Notes under the pieces: model-generated
Database searches by the model: none
The model's input: only the letters and a program-made list of their open reading frames with translations
Told to the model about the DNA's origin: nothing
Origin: Moniliella sp. 'wahieum'
Lineage: Eukaryota
DNA: 64,000 nucleotides
Reading direction: 5' to 3'
Assembly: GCA_003971905.1 (NCBI GenBank)
Contig: RSEE01000034.1
Span: 124,001-188,000 of the forward strand
Program-made: the position numbers and the translations under genes
Shown here: one piece after another, positions 24,312 to 37,086 of the stretch
Layout of the letters: each line of letters begins with the position of its first letter
Position numbering within the stretch: position 1 is the stretch's first letter

Positions 24312-25650
24312 GAGGATGCTGACTGTTGGTTGGCCCCATTTTGGTAACCCCCTTCTGTCTAAGCCCCATCGCACAGCGAAGCAGACGAAGCTGCTATAGA
24401 GTGCGACTTGGGAGCACTCGCGATCCTATGGATCAGCTGCAGTGCAGCCTTCAGACAAGGCGTGAAAAGGCAAAGTTCAAGCAACATCTGAATTGAAGGG
24501 AAGGAGACAGGAGAGAGAAGGGAGAGATGAAGTGAGCAGGGCGCGCGCGCCCTGCGAGCGGAACTCTTCCGCCCGGTTAAGTGATCGTCACTGATCCACC
24601 GAGAGTCGTGCAAGGGAACCCCAGCACTACCCTCCAACAGAAGCAAGTGAAGACCAGTGGGAAGGCACTAAGAATGTCATCCGATAGCACTTCCTCGTAC
24701 AATAATATACCAACCAGTAAGGTGTGAAGAGGGAGAGAAGTGGGAGAGGGCGGACCGCATCTCTGCTTTGAAGTTGTGTGTTGGCCAGAACACTGATGGG
24801 ATGCCAATGAATACAGAGAACGAGTGACTAATGATTAATGAGGGGGCATTGCCCACGAAGGCATGCGTGCCTGAGAGGGTGCCGTTGATGCGACGCCCGC
24901 CCCAGCGATGCCCAGGACATAAACTGCGGGGTTAGGCCGGTGACCGTGAGGCGTGTTGGTGAGGCGGAGGGCGAAGGCGTTGGACGAGGCAGCCACCACC
25001 GGCCACAGCGGCGTGACGTCATGCAACCTGGTGCCAAATGGGAAGGAAAACGAAGGCCCAGGAGGCTCACGTGCCCGAGATTGCTTTTTGCTATTACAGA
25101 GTTGCTCCTGATGTGCCCTGCCTGGGTGTGATGCATGAGTGAGCGTGATACATGGGATGTGGAACACGTGACACCACCGGGGCCCGGCGACCTGGCAGCA
25201 CAGGGGGCACTCCAAGGCACACGGCCTCAGCCTGAGGCCGGAGCTCAGAGGCCCGGGAGTCTGAGATCTGTGGAGATTGAAGCGATCGATCGATCTCAGA
25301 ACTGCATGTGCATGCGAGGGCCTGAGGTTGGGTGCGATCTGAGATAGTATAGTCAAATCGATCAGATCTGAAGGATCTGGAGGTGAAGCTTGAGCTGAGC
25401 AGCTTGGGGCTCGGAGCTCTTGAAGCCGGAAGGCGCTGAAGCTGAGCGCTGACGCTGAGCCTCCGCCGCAGCAGAGCGGAGCCCGCGGAGCAGCCACATT
25501 CAATACGCAACGTCACGCGTTGCGCGTCATAGAGTCGGCAATGGTCGATGATCGATCGGGATCAGGCGCTCGATCATCGATCAGTAAAGCAGCCACCGGC
25601 CCCACCGCCGATGGCGGCTTGGCGATGGGCGCTGGGCGATGGACACAGAT

Positions 25651-25700
25651 GCTGGACGCTGGACGCTGGACGCGGGACACGGGACGCGAGACGCGGGACG
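25651..25700. repeat. Degenerate heptamer tandem (GCTGGAC/GCGGGAC) x7
   Basis: gctggac gctggac gctggac gcgggac acgggac gcgagac gcgggac. Confidence 0.85.
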
Positions 25701-26478
25701 CGGATGGACAAGGCAAGGCTATACTGAAAAAAGGCCTTCTGTGCGCGCCCCTTCCCCCGCCCGCTTGGATGCTTGTGCGCAATGTCGAATGTCAATTGTC
25801 CTAGTCCACGCCGTTCGATGCTCGCCGCTGCCCGCTGGGCGCCACAGGCGATGCTCGATGGTGGGTTTGGCCGGCTGGGCGAGTGCAGTTGGCTGGGCAG
25901 CGTCTTGGGAGGAGGAGACACATCGGAATGCATCCCAGTAGACCACCCGCATGCGCCCCCACAGCCAGCTCGGTGGGTGGCCACCCGCCCAGGCTCAGCA
26001 CCCGCACTCAGCCGCCTGTCTGTCCCGCCCCTGCCCCACAAGCACACACGCGCTCCTGCCGTCTCCTCTTTCCGCCGACCACACACCCCGCCGACGCGCA
26101 CACGCCCAGCCCAGCCCAGCCCTCTCTGCCGCCCGCTTCTGCATCCGCCTTCTCTCATCTCTCCCCTTCGCTTCGCTTGCTGTCCTCCTCTGCTGCGTGC
26201 TGCTGCCCCCATGCCCCCACCAGCGCCCCCTTACCCCCCCCGCCCCCACCAGTGCCGCCAGCACACCAGCCTCCCGCGTCCGCTGCCGCACCCCCCTCCC
26301 GCCCCAGCATCCCCCACCCCTTCTCCACACCCACACCCCACATCGGTAGCTACTCCCCATTCCCCATCCCTGCCGACTCGCGCGTCGCGCGGGCGTCGCT
26401 GGCATGGTTGCCGATAAGCGCCAGGAGCTTCTCTCTGTCTTCCGCCGGCCTCCCTCGGACCAGGCCACGCTCAACGAC

Positions 26479-28828
26479 ATGGCCGCCTCCTTGGTGCTCC
26501 CATCACTGACCACGCAGCTAATGGGCAACAAACCCGTGAGCTCGTTTGAGCCCCGTCGCTGCTACTGGGTCATCTGTGAGCTGGATGAAAGCAGCCAGTC
26601 TGCCCCGTTCCTTTTCCTCGATCCCACCTTAAAAGAGCACTTTGGCAGCGAAGCTTCTCGCGTCCTCGGCACCAACATCTTCGACTGGATACATCCTCAA
26701 GAAGCCAAGCTGTGTTACCGCGACCTACAAGAGATTGTCGCAAGCAAACGAATGAGCGGCAGCATTACGCGCTGCCGCGTCAACCGCATCACTGCCATTC
26801 GCCGTGCCCTTGGCAACCTTCACCCAGCCCAACCCACCTTCGTGCCTGCGTTGGACCAGTACTGGTCAACTGCGCACTTGGTTAGCAACTGGATTGGGGG
26901 CAACCGCCTCCTCATATTTATTCACAACTGCATGAGTGTGTCTTATTCTTTCTTTCGTTTTGTTCTCTTCGCCTCGGCCCCGGGTCTCCGTGCTACCCCA
27001 GCCCGAAGGCCTCAGGGACCCAACAACTGACTCGTAAACCAATTTTTAACTTTGATACAGAAGCACCGTTGATGGACAAACGGAGGAAACCGACCCAGCT
27101 TGGTTGACGCATCGGTGTGGCATGGACGATGTGGCACTTTCGCCCCACGAGCTGCAAACGCTCTGGAGGGCATTCATGATGACTGAACCGCCGCGCAGTC
27201 TCCAGCCCACCGGGCCACCATCCTGCATCTTTCAGCTCCTTGGCGTTCCTACAGGCGAGATCCTATTTTCCTGGCCGCCGCCCCGGGTGTATACGAGCCA
27301 AGACGAGGCTGACGCCCATTCAAAGTCTGGCGAGTTCGAAACGTATACTGATGGCTCCTACTTTGCCGATGACTTTGCTCGGCTGGTCCAAGGGGCTTCC
27401 TTGCCGCAACGCCCCCCCCTACCCGACCAAACAGACGACGTGCCAGAGACGAGCTGCACACGCCGGTTCCATGCTACTCACACGTTTATCTCTGCCAACG
27501 TGTCTCATGCGGTGGAGAGCGTGGTGGTACCCTATGGCCAGATTATGTTTGCCTGTTTCCGTGTGGTGACAGAATCCGTGGTGGGAGCGCCGGCGACGGA
27601 TCTCCTCGCCCCAGCCCCTCCTGCCTTGGGGGTAGGATACGCGCCCCAGCCCACCTCTCCGTCTGACCATATTTCTGCCTGGATCGCGGGCCCGGCAGCG
27701 GATACGCCCGTTCTATCTACGAGCGGGACGGACAGCCTGGCAGCGCCGTTAACGCCGGCCTGGCCATCGGTCATTGCTACCCGGCCACCAGGGGGACCGG
27801 TCGCACCGCCCGGGCCTCCACCCACCTCGAGTTCGGGCCAGTGGGATGCCACCCTGCCGGTGGACCAGCGCCGCAGGAAGCGAGGCGCGAGTAGCATGGG
27901 CTCCGCTGACGGTGCGGAAGGCCGTCAGCGCCCTCGCCATGCCCCCCGCCTCTCTGGTGGTGATGGAGGGGACAAAGTATGCACGTCTTGTTTTACCAGT
28001 TCCAGTCCGGAATGGCGTAAAGGGCCCGGCGGTCAGAAGAGTTTGTGCAATGCGTGTGGTCTTCGTTTCTCGCGCCAGGTGCAACGGCTACAAAGGTTCC
28101 TCGAAGCGGTCTATGCGCGAGAAGGAGAAGAGGGCCTGCAACGTGAGTTGCAAGCATTGGACAAGATGGAAGGCGTGGCAGAAGCGGCAGCTGGGGTGCG
28201 CAGCAAGGCTGCCAGCAAACGCGAAGCGGAAGCTAAGCGGCTCGCATCTACTTCCCATCCCCCTGCTTCGGGTCCTATGGCACCTGCACCACTGGTACTT
28301 GGTGGATCTAGCGCCACGCTCACCCCTATCGCTCATCCTCCGTCGGTCTCAGGGGCCGGTGACTCCACCTCGTCTTCGCCTACTGTCTTGTCGCAACGGG
28401 GCGTGTCGCATGCCTCGTCCGATACGGCCTACCTCGCTTCCAACCCCGTGGGTGGTGGGTATGGTTCAGAACGCGACCTCGGGCCCGGCGGACCTCCGTC
28501 GCACTTCACGCCCAGCGGGGAGGCGGGACAGAACGGCAAAGTGAGCGAAACGATTTCGTCTATCGCCATCACATCGTATGAGCATCCGTCCCGTAGTACC
28601 TTATCTCCCGGCCCGGGCCCGCATCCACCACCGTCGCCCCACTCAGCTCCTGCCTCCGCGGACAACAGCAGGTACCCTGACCCTGGCTTAGATCGACCCC
28701 CTCGTTCCTCCGGCCCCGACGGGACGATAGATACAACCGCCTCCCCCCATCCAAGTCACGGACCAGCATCAGGATCCGGGAATTGGCTTCCATTTCTCCC
28801 TTCCTCCCACCAGCCCGGGTCCTACTGA
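26479..28828 (+). CDS. GATA zinc-finger transcription factor with N-terminal PAS-like domain (WC-2-like architecture); one intron
   Basis: PAS-like [24 protein letters not shown] finger [30 protein letters not shown] (C-X2-C-X18-C-X2-C). Intron at ~26936-27060, phase not perfectly resolved. Confidence 0.85.
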
Positions 28829-30351
28829 TTTCCCGCTCGCCTTCCTCCCCCCGTCTTTTCTTACTGATTCTTTGACAGCGTGTCCCTCCCCCCCCGTACA
28901 CCGATTACGGGCGCCAGTCCAAGTGAGCTTTACTCACCTTGCTCCAATGTACATTGATGATCTAGTAGACCTGAGTGATTGCTTCGTGTCGGCGCACCAG
29001 AACGGACCAAGTTCCGTCATATTTTTGCCACTCTCTACCCGGCTGACCTATACTCAGTACTACTCAGCGCTCACAGCGGTCAGATTCCCGATCTCCTCGA
29101 GTTTGCAGTACAGTGTGTGGACACGGACGGATCAATTTTGGTACGAGGTGCATATGAGGCGATAGGAGGCCAGAAGCGGCGCAACAAGTGCGGCTTCAGT
29201 CGGCGACTCCCTTGAGCGAACAAGTAGTGTAGTAGCCATTGCACCGACTGGGTTCCGAGTCCCCTCCCCGCATGGAACCGCGGGCATCTCGTCTCTCGCG
29301 CCCAACCGGACCGAGCGAGACACATGATCGTGTGATTAATCCCTCCATATTATACGCTTCCACAAGTTGCTGGGCCAAAACGACGAAACAGACGAGTGGC
29401 AGGGGCGCTGCTCGCCCCTCCGCCGCATTGACATGCTTGAAGGCACCAGTGTGCGACCTGCTATACGTGTCTTTTCCTATTTTCAACAACCAAAACAATA
29501 CATGAGCCTTGGTACCACAAACAAAAACATATACACTGTGCATGTGATGAGTGCTGCCGTGACACATTGAATGCTTCCACGACTTGACAGCCCTCTTTTC
29601 CTGGTCATCACACACCACACAGCCACTGGCGAACCAGTCAGTCTCTTCACGAGACTGGGCCAGCCTGCTAACAACCGCGTTTCCAAAAGTCCGCCACGGG
29701 TGGCTTAATGCACAAGCTACTAGCTATAGCGATGGAAGAGAGGTCGTGCAGGTCATGCATCTTATGTGATGCCACTGAATGATTATCCCGGTGTGATCAT
29801 GATCCAGCCAGGTGATTGCTGATTCTGATTTATTGTGGATGCACAAATGGTGAGTAGGTTTTTGTCGACGACAATGTTGACAACGTTGACAAGCCCGTTC
29901 CCCACAGGATGTGTGAGATCTGAGGTGTGCAGTGGCCGTGCCCGGCATGTGCGTCACAGATAGTACGCGTCAGTGCTCAATGGTGGAGGGGGGGGAAGTT
30001 GACGCGCTGCGGCTGAGAGCTCTGGATTGATGTGGTCCGTCCCACCGTCCGCCATATATTCCGTCCCGTATTTGCGCTCTGCGTCTAGTAGCAAACTAGT
30101 AGAGAGTAGTAATAGAGTAGTAATACCAGTTACGTTGAGCTTGGGGAGTGCTCGGATGTGGGCGCCCTGAGTTGAAAGAGTACAACACTGCGCAGCGGGT
30201 TCCATCAAGTTTTCCTGCGGGGCTCTCGCGTATTAGACGCCACGTTCGTTCGCCCTCGCCCTCCACCTTCCCACCTACGCATCCAATACTTCTTGAGCAC
30301 CACCGTCGCAGCAACACTCATCCTCTCTCCCTCGTTTGAAACCACATACTA

Positions 30352-31938
30352 TGAGTGCGTCTTCATTTTCTAGCTCCGCCTCCGGCTCCCCACGGACGTT
30401 ATGCTACTCCCCAACTTGGTCGCTCAGGGATGCCGACGAATGGGCTACAACGTGTACCTCTCACCCACCCTCGACTGTTCCCAGCCCCGAGGTGGCAAGG
30501 ACTGATGGCAAGGACAGAGTACAGCCTGCCCATATTACCTGTTGGGAACCCACATCGTACCGCAAGCCACAGACCAGTGATGATCCCGCTGATCGATTCG
30601 AACGAGTCGCACCATTCGGTTCGCCTTACACCCTTGCCTCTCAGCATCGTCCCACTGCTGAAGATTATCATCGACTCGTCCTTCCCCCGCCTGATAAAGC
30701 GCACCAACACTGGCTTCAGACATTGTGGACCTCGGCCCAGGCCTCGCTGGAGAGGGTAGAGTTGGAAAAGGGAGTGGCGGGAGCCCGGTGGGATTCTAGC
30801 CAGGGAGGAGAGGCCAGACCGTCCTGGTCCCCCGTCCCTTGCCTCAACAGGAAGGAAGCCTAGCCGAATTCCCGGCTTTCTCTCCCTTGGAGAAGGGTGC
30901 GGCCATGAGCTACTCTGACAGACCTTGGGTGGATTTTGCCACCAGCATTCGTCCTTTCGCTTGTCCTAGCCTTGGACGGTTGAAGGACGGGTTTGGGCCT
31001 CTCTATCCCGGGGCGGATTTGGCGCCTAAAGATGTTTCATCGGCAGATTGGACAGTAGGTTGCAGCATCCCATCCCAATGGACGAAAACCATCAATAAGG
31101 TGGTCTCAAGGACGCGACTCGATGATCAGAATGCTGACCTTCCTTCTCTCTGACCAGCGCTTTCTAGCTGACATTGTCGTTTGTGGCCATGTCTTTGCCC
31201 CCCAACCCCTTCAAACAATCTGGCGCACTCTATCGGGTCTGAGTCCCATCCAGACCATTGCCACACTCACTGTGGTTGGGGCTGAAGGACAAGGAAATGA
31301 CGGCGCTGCTCCGGGCTGTCAATATGGGGAGGCCCAGGCAAAACAGGAAAGGTATGCGTTTCGCGCCGACGAGGCTCCCATTGCCATCATCGAAGCTCTT
31401 CTTCCTTCCCCGCGGAATGGATGTATGCGTGGTGGAACACCGGCGGCCAGGTCAATGTCTACCCATCTCCCGCGACCCGGTCACCACTGGGTACAAGGGT
31501 GGCGGGGGCCCGTTTGTTTCTCATGCAGGGGCAACCCCTGTCTCCCTGACACCCGGCGAATTCATCGACAGCTTCCACGGACCCTCCTCTCCTACGGTAG
31601 CTTTTGAGGGCCACCTCTTCCGTCGCAGCGCATTGTACCCGCGAGGCCCGGTGCCCAAGGTGAATGAGGATGTGTTTTGGCAAGCTGTTACGCCCCCCCG
31701 CATCGCCGCATCCCCTGTGATGGTACACTGGAAAATTCCCTCTGGCTCGTGTGTGCGCCCTTGCCTGCCTATCCGATCGAGGAGCAACACAGCTTTGATT
31801 AGGAGCACACCAGCCGGTAAGGGGTCAATGCCCATATACCACCTTCTGAGAACATATTCTTCTCGCCGTTTCCCACTAAAGATTGAAGCTCGTCTCACCA
31901 AACTCGCCCCCTCCCCTGTTTTGTTGTTCTCAACTTGA
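30352..31938 (+). CDS. Hypothetical protein (spliced/frameshifted), no recognisable domain
   Basis: Chain of overlapping plus-strand ORFs (30336-30863, 30839-, 31122-, 31258-31938) with a plausible intron GTAGGT...GCTGAC...CCAG at ~31055-31157. Confidence 0.4.
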
Positions 31939-33139
31939 GCACCGTGGCTATCGAGAACCACACAGGATGCACACGCCAACTACCTCACATAGCCATCATC
32001 AATCTTCTTTGAGACTGTCTCCGCCCCCCCGTCATGAGTCCCAACAACCGGCATCTCATCGCATTCGTCAGCCCGTCTTTTCTCGGCCTCATTCACAGAA
32101 GAACGTCTCCTCCTACGTGTTCTCTCCTCTGCATCTCAATCGTGGCAACTTTGGCCAATGTGGCTTCTATGCACCCTATACTACTACCGCACGTCATCTT
32201 CGCGACTTTGGAGATAACCCTTTTCTGCACTGCCTCTTGATATTATATGCATTTTTGTGCCAATGCCCACCCATTGATCTAGCCACAATAGAGACCAAGC
32301 AACATACATCGTTCACAGTGCGCAGAATGATCCACCGTATCAAATACGCGATTCTCGCAAGAAGACTCTGCGTATAAACAACCGCAGGGACCGTCGACGG
32401 TACGGTCAAAAATACTAGTACACCAATAGTAATAAGCGCGTTCATAAATAAGCACACAGGTCGGTCGATGACCTTCTATGGTACTTATTGGTGCAGTGTT
32501 GATGAGATCGGGGCTGCCCAACAACAACAAACCCTGGTCATATGACACAGAAGTTCCTCTTCCACTAGGGGAAGGGGACGGGGGGGGGAAGTCACGGAGG
32601 GTCAGTCCGATGAGTTCACCTTATGGTGGGGGAGGGGGGACGGTGCCCAAACAAGGTAGCGATATGGCCTACAACGGAGGGGTCATTGACGATTGAGAGG
32701 CCCTGCAGTGGAGTGCGTTGGCACACGAAAAAGCGTGTTGCGTGAAGCTGACATGATTTGTGCAGTTTTGCGTATGTGTACCTGCTCTTGTTTTAGTGGC
32801 TGCACACCGCCATTCATCCCACAGATGATACGCGCCCACGGACGTTACGAAAGACCACCGTTTGTACCCTGACGTTCTGACTTTCAAACTTATATAACCC
32901 GTAATCTCAGAGGACGTGTACCACAACGGGTAGGCACTACCTGCAGTTGGGCTGTTTACTACTTCACGTACAAGGCGAGTGGAAAGAACGGCCCTATTGA
33001 TAAGAGCCTTGCGGTAGAAGCGTCTGCTTCGTTGGCGCAGTTGGCTAGCGCGCAGGTCTCATACATCTGTTTATGAGTGGCTCAGCCATGTCATCCTGAG
33101 GTCGCCAGTTCGAGCCTGGCACGAAGCACATTTTTGTTT

Positions 33140-33695
33140 GGGCGATCCAGTTTGCCATGGTGGGTTCTTCCTCAAGTATCCAGCCCTAAGGCAGTGGGAG
33201 ATGATGACGCTATTCCAAGAGAGCATGGCGCAGACAGCCCCACTACGACACGACGTCAGGATCCGATGGGATGGAAGAGAACTGTGGAAGAGAACTGTCA
33301 CGGGCGGGCCCCGCCCGGAGGCTCACCCAGGTTTGTGGGGTACAATTCCTTACGACACGGAAGGACGACTCACGGTAGTTTCGGGCTTGGGCTTGTTGGT
33401 GGATCGGAGCGGAGCTAGGGACGGTGGGTAGAGGCAGTGGAGGACAAACACTGACAGAGCTGAGGCTGGACAGGGGCGGCTTTCACGTGGCTGGAAAGAC
33501 ACGATAAGCTGGTACAGGGAATCGACGCGGGCTGAAGGAAGGCTCGCGCGATTGGGCGAATGGAAAGCTGGAAGACGAGGTTGGAAGACGAGACAGCTAA
33601 GTGGAGACAACAGGTTGCCTGTACTGAATCAATTGGCTGAAAACGGGCAGAAGTTGGACAGGAAAGATGGGGGAAAAGGATCCCCACTAATCAGG
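33140..33695 (+). repeat. Unclassified dispersed repeat family (copy D)
   Basis: Similar to 24010-24311 and to the reverse complement of 5216-5600. Confidence 0.75.
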
Positions 33696-34098
33696 GGTAC
33701 AGGCTAGATCAAAAGGGGAAAGGGATACAATAGGGGTTAGATCTTAGAAAGGAAGACATGTCAGTCAAAAGAGGGGTTGGTCAGGCGCAACGGAGAAGGA
33801 TGAAGTAGTAAGTGGTGCCGGGCGACAGCCGTCGCAAAGATACCGGAAACTTGGTGGCTTGATTTAGGCCAACTGACTTTGACTTGAGCTGGGGGCGACT
33901 ATTGTCGCGCAAATGCATGGCCACTGGGGCCACCGTATATGGTTTAACCAACCATTATCAATCTTGGTTGGACTTCGGAGCGCACTCTACTGGGCATGTA
34001 CAGAGCACGGACCTTCGTTTGGATCAGACCATCTCAGATCCAACGCAGTCTGTACCTAGAGCCAACATCAAGTACCTTTGGCGAGGCCGGAGTTCGAG

Positions 34099-36600
34099 CT
34101 AATCTGAGCCAAATATGGGCTTGATGCGCGGAATCACGCCAGCGCCGGCATTATCAGGATCCGGCGTGATCGTGAGATAGCGGCCCACCCTTAAGCGTTG
34201 GTCTGGATACTTGATGAGCCTGGTAAAGTCACTGGCTGGGTTCACTGTCACGTCTTTGTGCCATAAAATGAGCCCCGAATCGACCTGTTCGCGGAACCAA
34301 TGCAAGTGAACATCCATCTGCAAGTCATCGAAGCTCGACTGAGACATAATTGAGCGCGAGGAAGATGCGTCACTGTAAAGGTCCACTGGGCAGTTGGTGG
34401 GGACAACCTGGAGCTCGACCATGAGGTTGCGAATGCCGAGGACGTCCATAGCGCCTTCGGCGATAGCCGTCATCGCAGCTTCAGCTTTCGATCTGGGAAT
34501 GTGGTTCTGTTGGGGGCTTCGCCAGTACACGAGGGCGCCAAAAACAAACACAGCGATGCCTGTCACCGTCTTGCGTGGGTTGCCTGTGGCATTGTTTTCG
34601 TCCCAATCACTGTCGACAAACACGGCAAGGGGGGGTGCCCTAGGGTTGACTTTGAGGGGCAGAGTCCAATCCAATGTACCACGGAGGTAACAGAGAACCT
34701 GCTGGGCGGCACGGCGGTGTGCGGCAGAGGGATCCTTGGTCCCACGACGGAGGAGTTGTACGACAAATTTGAGGTCGGGTCGGCACGTCTGCGCGGCCCA
34801 ACCGAGGCTCTCGACAACTGATATGTAGTGCTTGCGCTCAGCGGCAGTGGCGCGCGGTTCGTCCGAGGGGCGTGGCGGGAGGGGCGTACCCGGATCGATG
34901 GGCAAGTGGACAGGGGTACATTCGAGCATGTCGGTACGGGTGAGTAAAGCCAATAGGAATGCACGCTGATCGCAGTCAAACCCGTCAGGGCGAGCGACAT
35001 AGTGCACGCCAAGCATTTTATTGAGGGGACCCTCGTCGCCGACCTTGATATCACGGCCGAGCTCGCTCATGAATACGTCAAAGGCTGCTTGCGACGGGGC
35101 CATGACCATTCCAACATCACAATAGATTGCAAGCATAATGGTCGTATTCCCTCGGGTGCGCGTCCAAACGTCCGGCTCCGTCAATGTAGATCGGAATCCA
35201 AGATGATTCAGCTTATTGACGAAGTGGCGGTTCCATGCGGCGCCTGAAGCCGCGAGACCATAGAGACATTTCTTGAGACGCCAAACGTTGGTTTTGCGAC
35301 GCAGGAAACGGTCGGGGGGCTTGACATAGACCTCATCAGGAATGGGACATGAAGGTAGGCATTCTTACAGTGGAAATAGTATGCCTGTAGGCCTTTTGCT
35401 TTACCTCCCACGGCCACAACGCGGAAAACATGGCGTTCGGCGCCACTCGAGGTGGGGCGCTTGGTGAGCTCACTCGTGTCCTCCTGGTTCCCTTGGACCA
35501 CAATGTGGGCCTTGCGTTCGAGGAACATATTGTCAGGTGTGACATCGACCTTGTAGATCGTGCGCGCACCCAAGACCTTTGTTCCAGAGGGGGGACGCGG
35601 AACCTCATCAAAAGCATCCATGGTTTTAAGCTCGCTGAGCTCAATGTCTTCGGCTTGGCGCCACAGGGACCACTCAGGCCTAGCTCTAGCCTCGCGCTCG
35701 TTCTTAGGAGCGAGGGGCACGCCGTCGGCTGTAGTGCCGACGGTCGCGGGAGAGTTGCGGAAACGGCGCTGCCGAGGATGAGTGGCCTTCTTCTTGGGGC
35801 CAGGGGCAGGGCCGGGGTGCAGAACAGCAGGGGAGGTAGCGGGACCAGAAGAAGCGTCCGATCGCAGGGAAGGGGGGCTACAGACAGAGGCAGTAACTGC
35901 GGGAAACCAATCGGGAATCAGTGCAGCGGCGCCTTGAATGCCGTACTTGCGGGCAAAGTAAGGAAACTCGTGCATGACGGCAGGGTCGTGGACTGCATTT
36001 TGCGCCTGCTCCGTGGACCACTCGGGGTGGACATCCTGGAGATGCAACAGGAACATGAGCTCATGTTGGGTGAGCTTGGGTTTAGATGGTTGGGGGGAGT
36101 GCTGCCCCTCGACCAGGGCAGTGCCACTCTGGCGGGCGTCGGTAGGCATGCTTCGCGTGCTGGCTACACTTGTTGGAAGGGGTGGGCGAGCAGTGCGACA
36201 CGGCTCCTGATCGGAGGCGAGTCCTACAGCCGGGGGTTGGTGGGATTAGGGCTGAGGAGCGGATGAAAGTGTGGACTCGACCTGTAGAAGAGCGAGACAG
36301 AGAGCCAGAGGAGATGGAAGTGCTACGCCGAAAGAGGTGCCCGCTCGTCGGATCTCAGAGAGTGCGATCAGGATGATCAGGCGATCAGGTATGGTACTGG
36401 CATGTCACGTGACACATGCGGTGAGTGCGGTGCTAGGGAGTTGTGCAAGGCGGCATCGTTCCGCCCATGTTTCGCCCTCCTGTTTGCCCCTCCCCAGGGA
36501 CTGCCATCCCCTGTTGTATCCTCTACCACTTATCCTTTTTGCCTTGCTCGCCTCCCGCAGGCTTCGTTACATATTACCCAAGTCCCCGCGGGCACCACAC
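34099..36600 (-). mobile_element. Ty1/copia pol fragment (linker, RT, RNase H), largely open but catalytically altered
   Basis: WRQAEDIEL..LKTMDAFDEVPRP, KAHIVVQG, VWRLKKCLYGL, AIYCDV (YVDD site), CRPDL.F.V..L.R and VFVDSDW..RKTVTG...VYWRS. Confidence 0.9.
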
Positions 36601-37086
36601 CTCTGTAGATCACCGCTCGGTCTGAGTTGGCGATGTGGCGGTTGGGATCAGCGAGTATGAGTCTGCAAGTAAGAAGAGTACGGAGTGCGAGGTTGTGCTG
36701 GGCCGGAGTTGGTACCGCCGCAACCGCTCTCAGCACAGCGCGATTGATTCTATAGCGCTGAGATGTGAGATTCATCGATGAAGCTTGAAAGTTTGAAGCG
36801 TGAAGGTAAGAGAAAAAGAAAAAGGGAAATGTGAAAATAAATCAAAAATAAATCAAATAAACCACAGTGCCGCAGTGCTGGCGGGCGGAGACGCAGGAGT
36901 GAAATTGGTTATGACGTGGGAACGCGGAGAAGGACCAGGAAAAAAAAGTCAACGGAAAAAAGTGCGGCGGCTGGGCGCTGGCTGGCTGCCCGCACAGTAT
37001 TTAGCGGCCCCACAACAGCCGCAGCTTGCCCCAACATCCACATCCACCTTCCCCAGGCGATTCTTTCCACTTTGCCCACAACCACC

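Noticed and set aside
32560..32645. G-quadruplex-like G runs
   Set aside because: G/C homopolymers are common across this GC-rich window and no functional context is visible.
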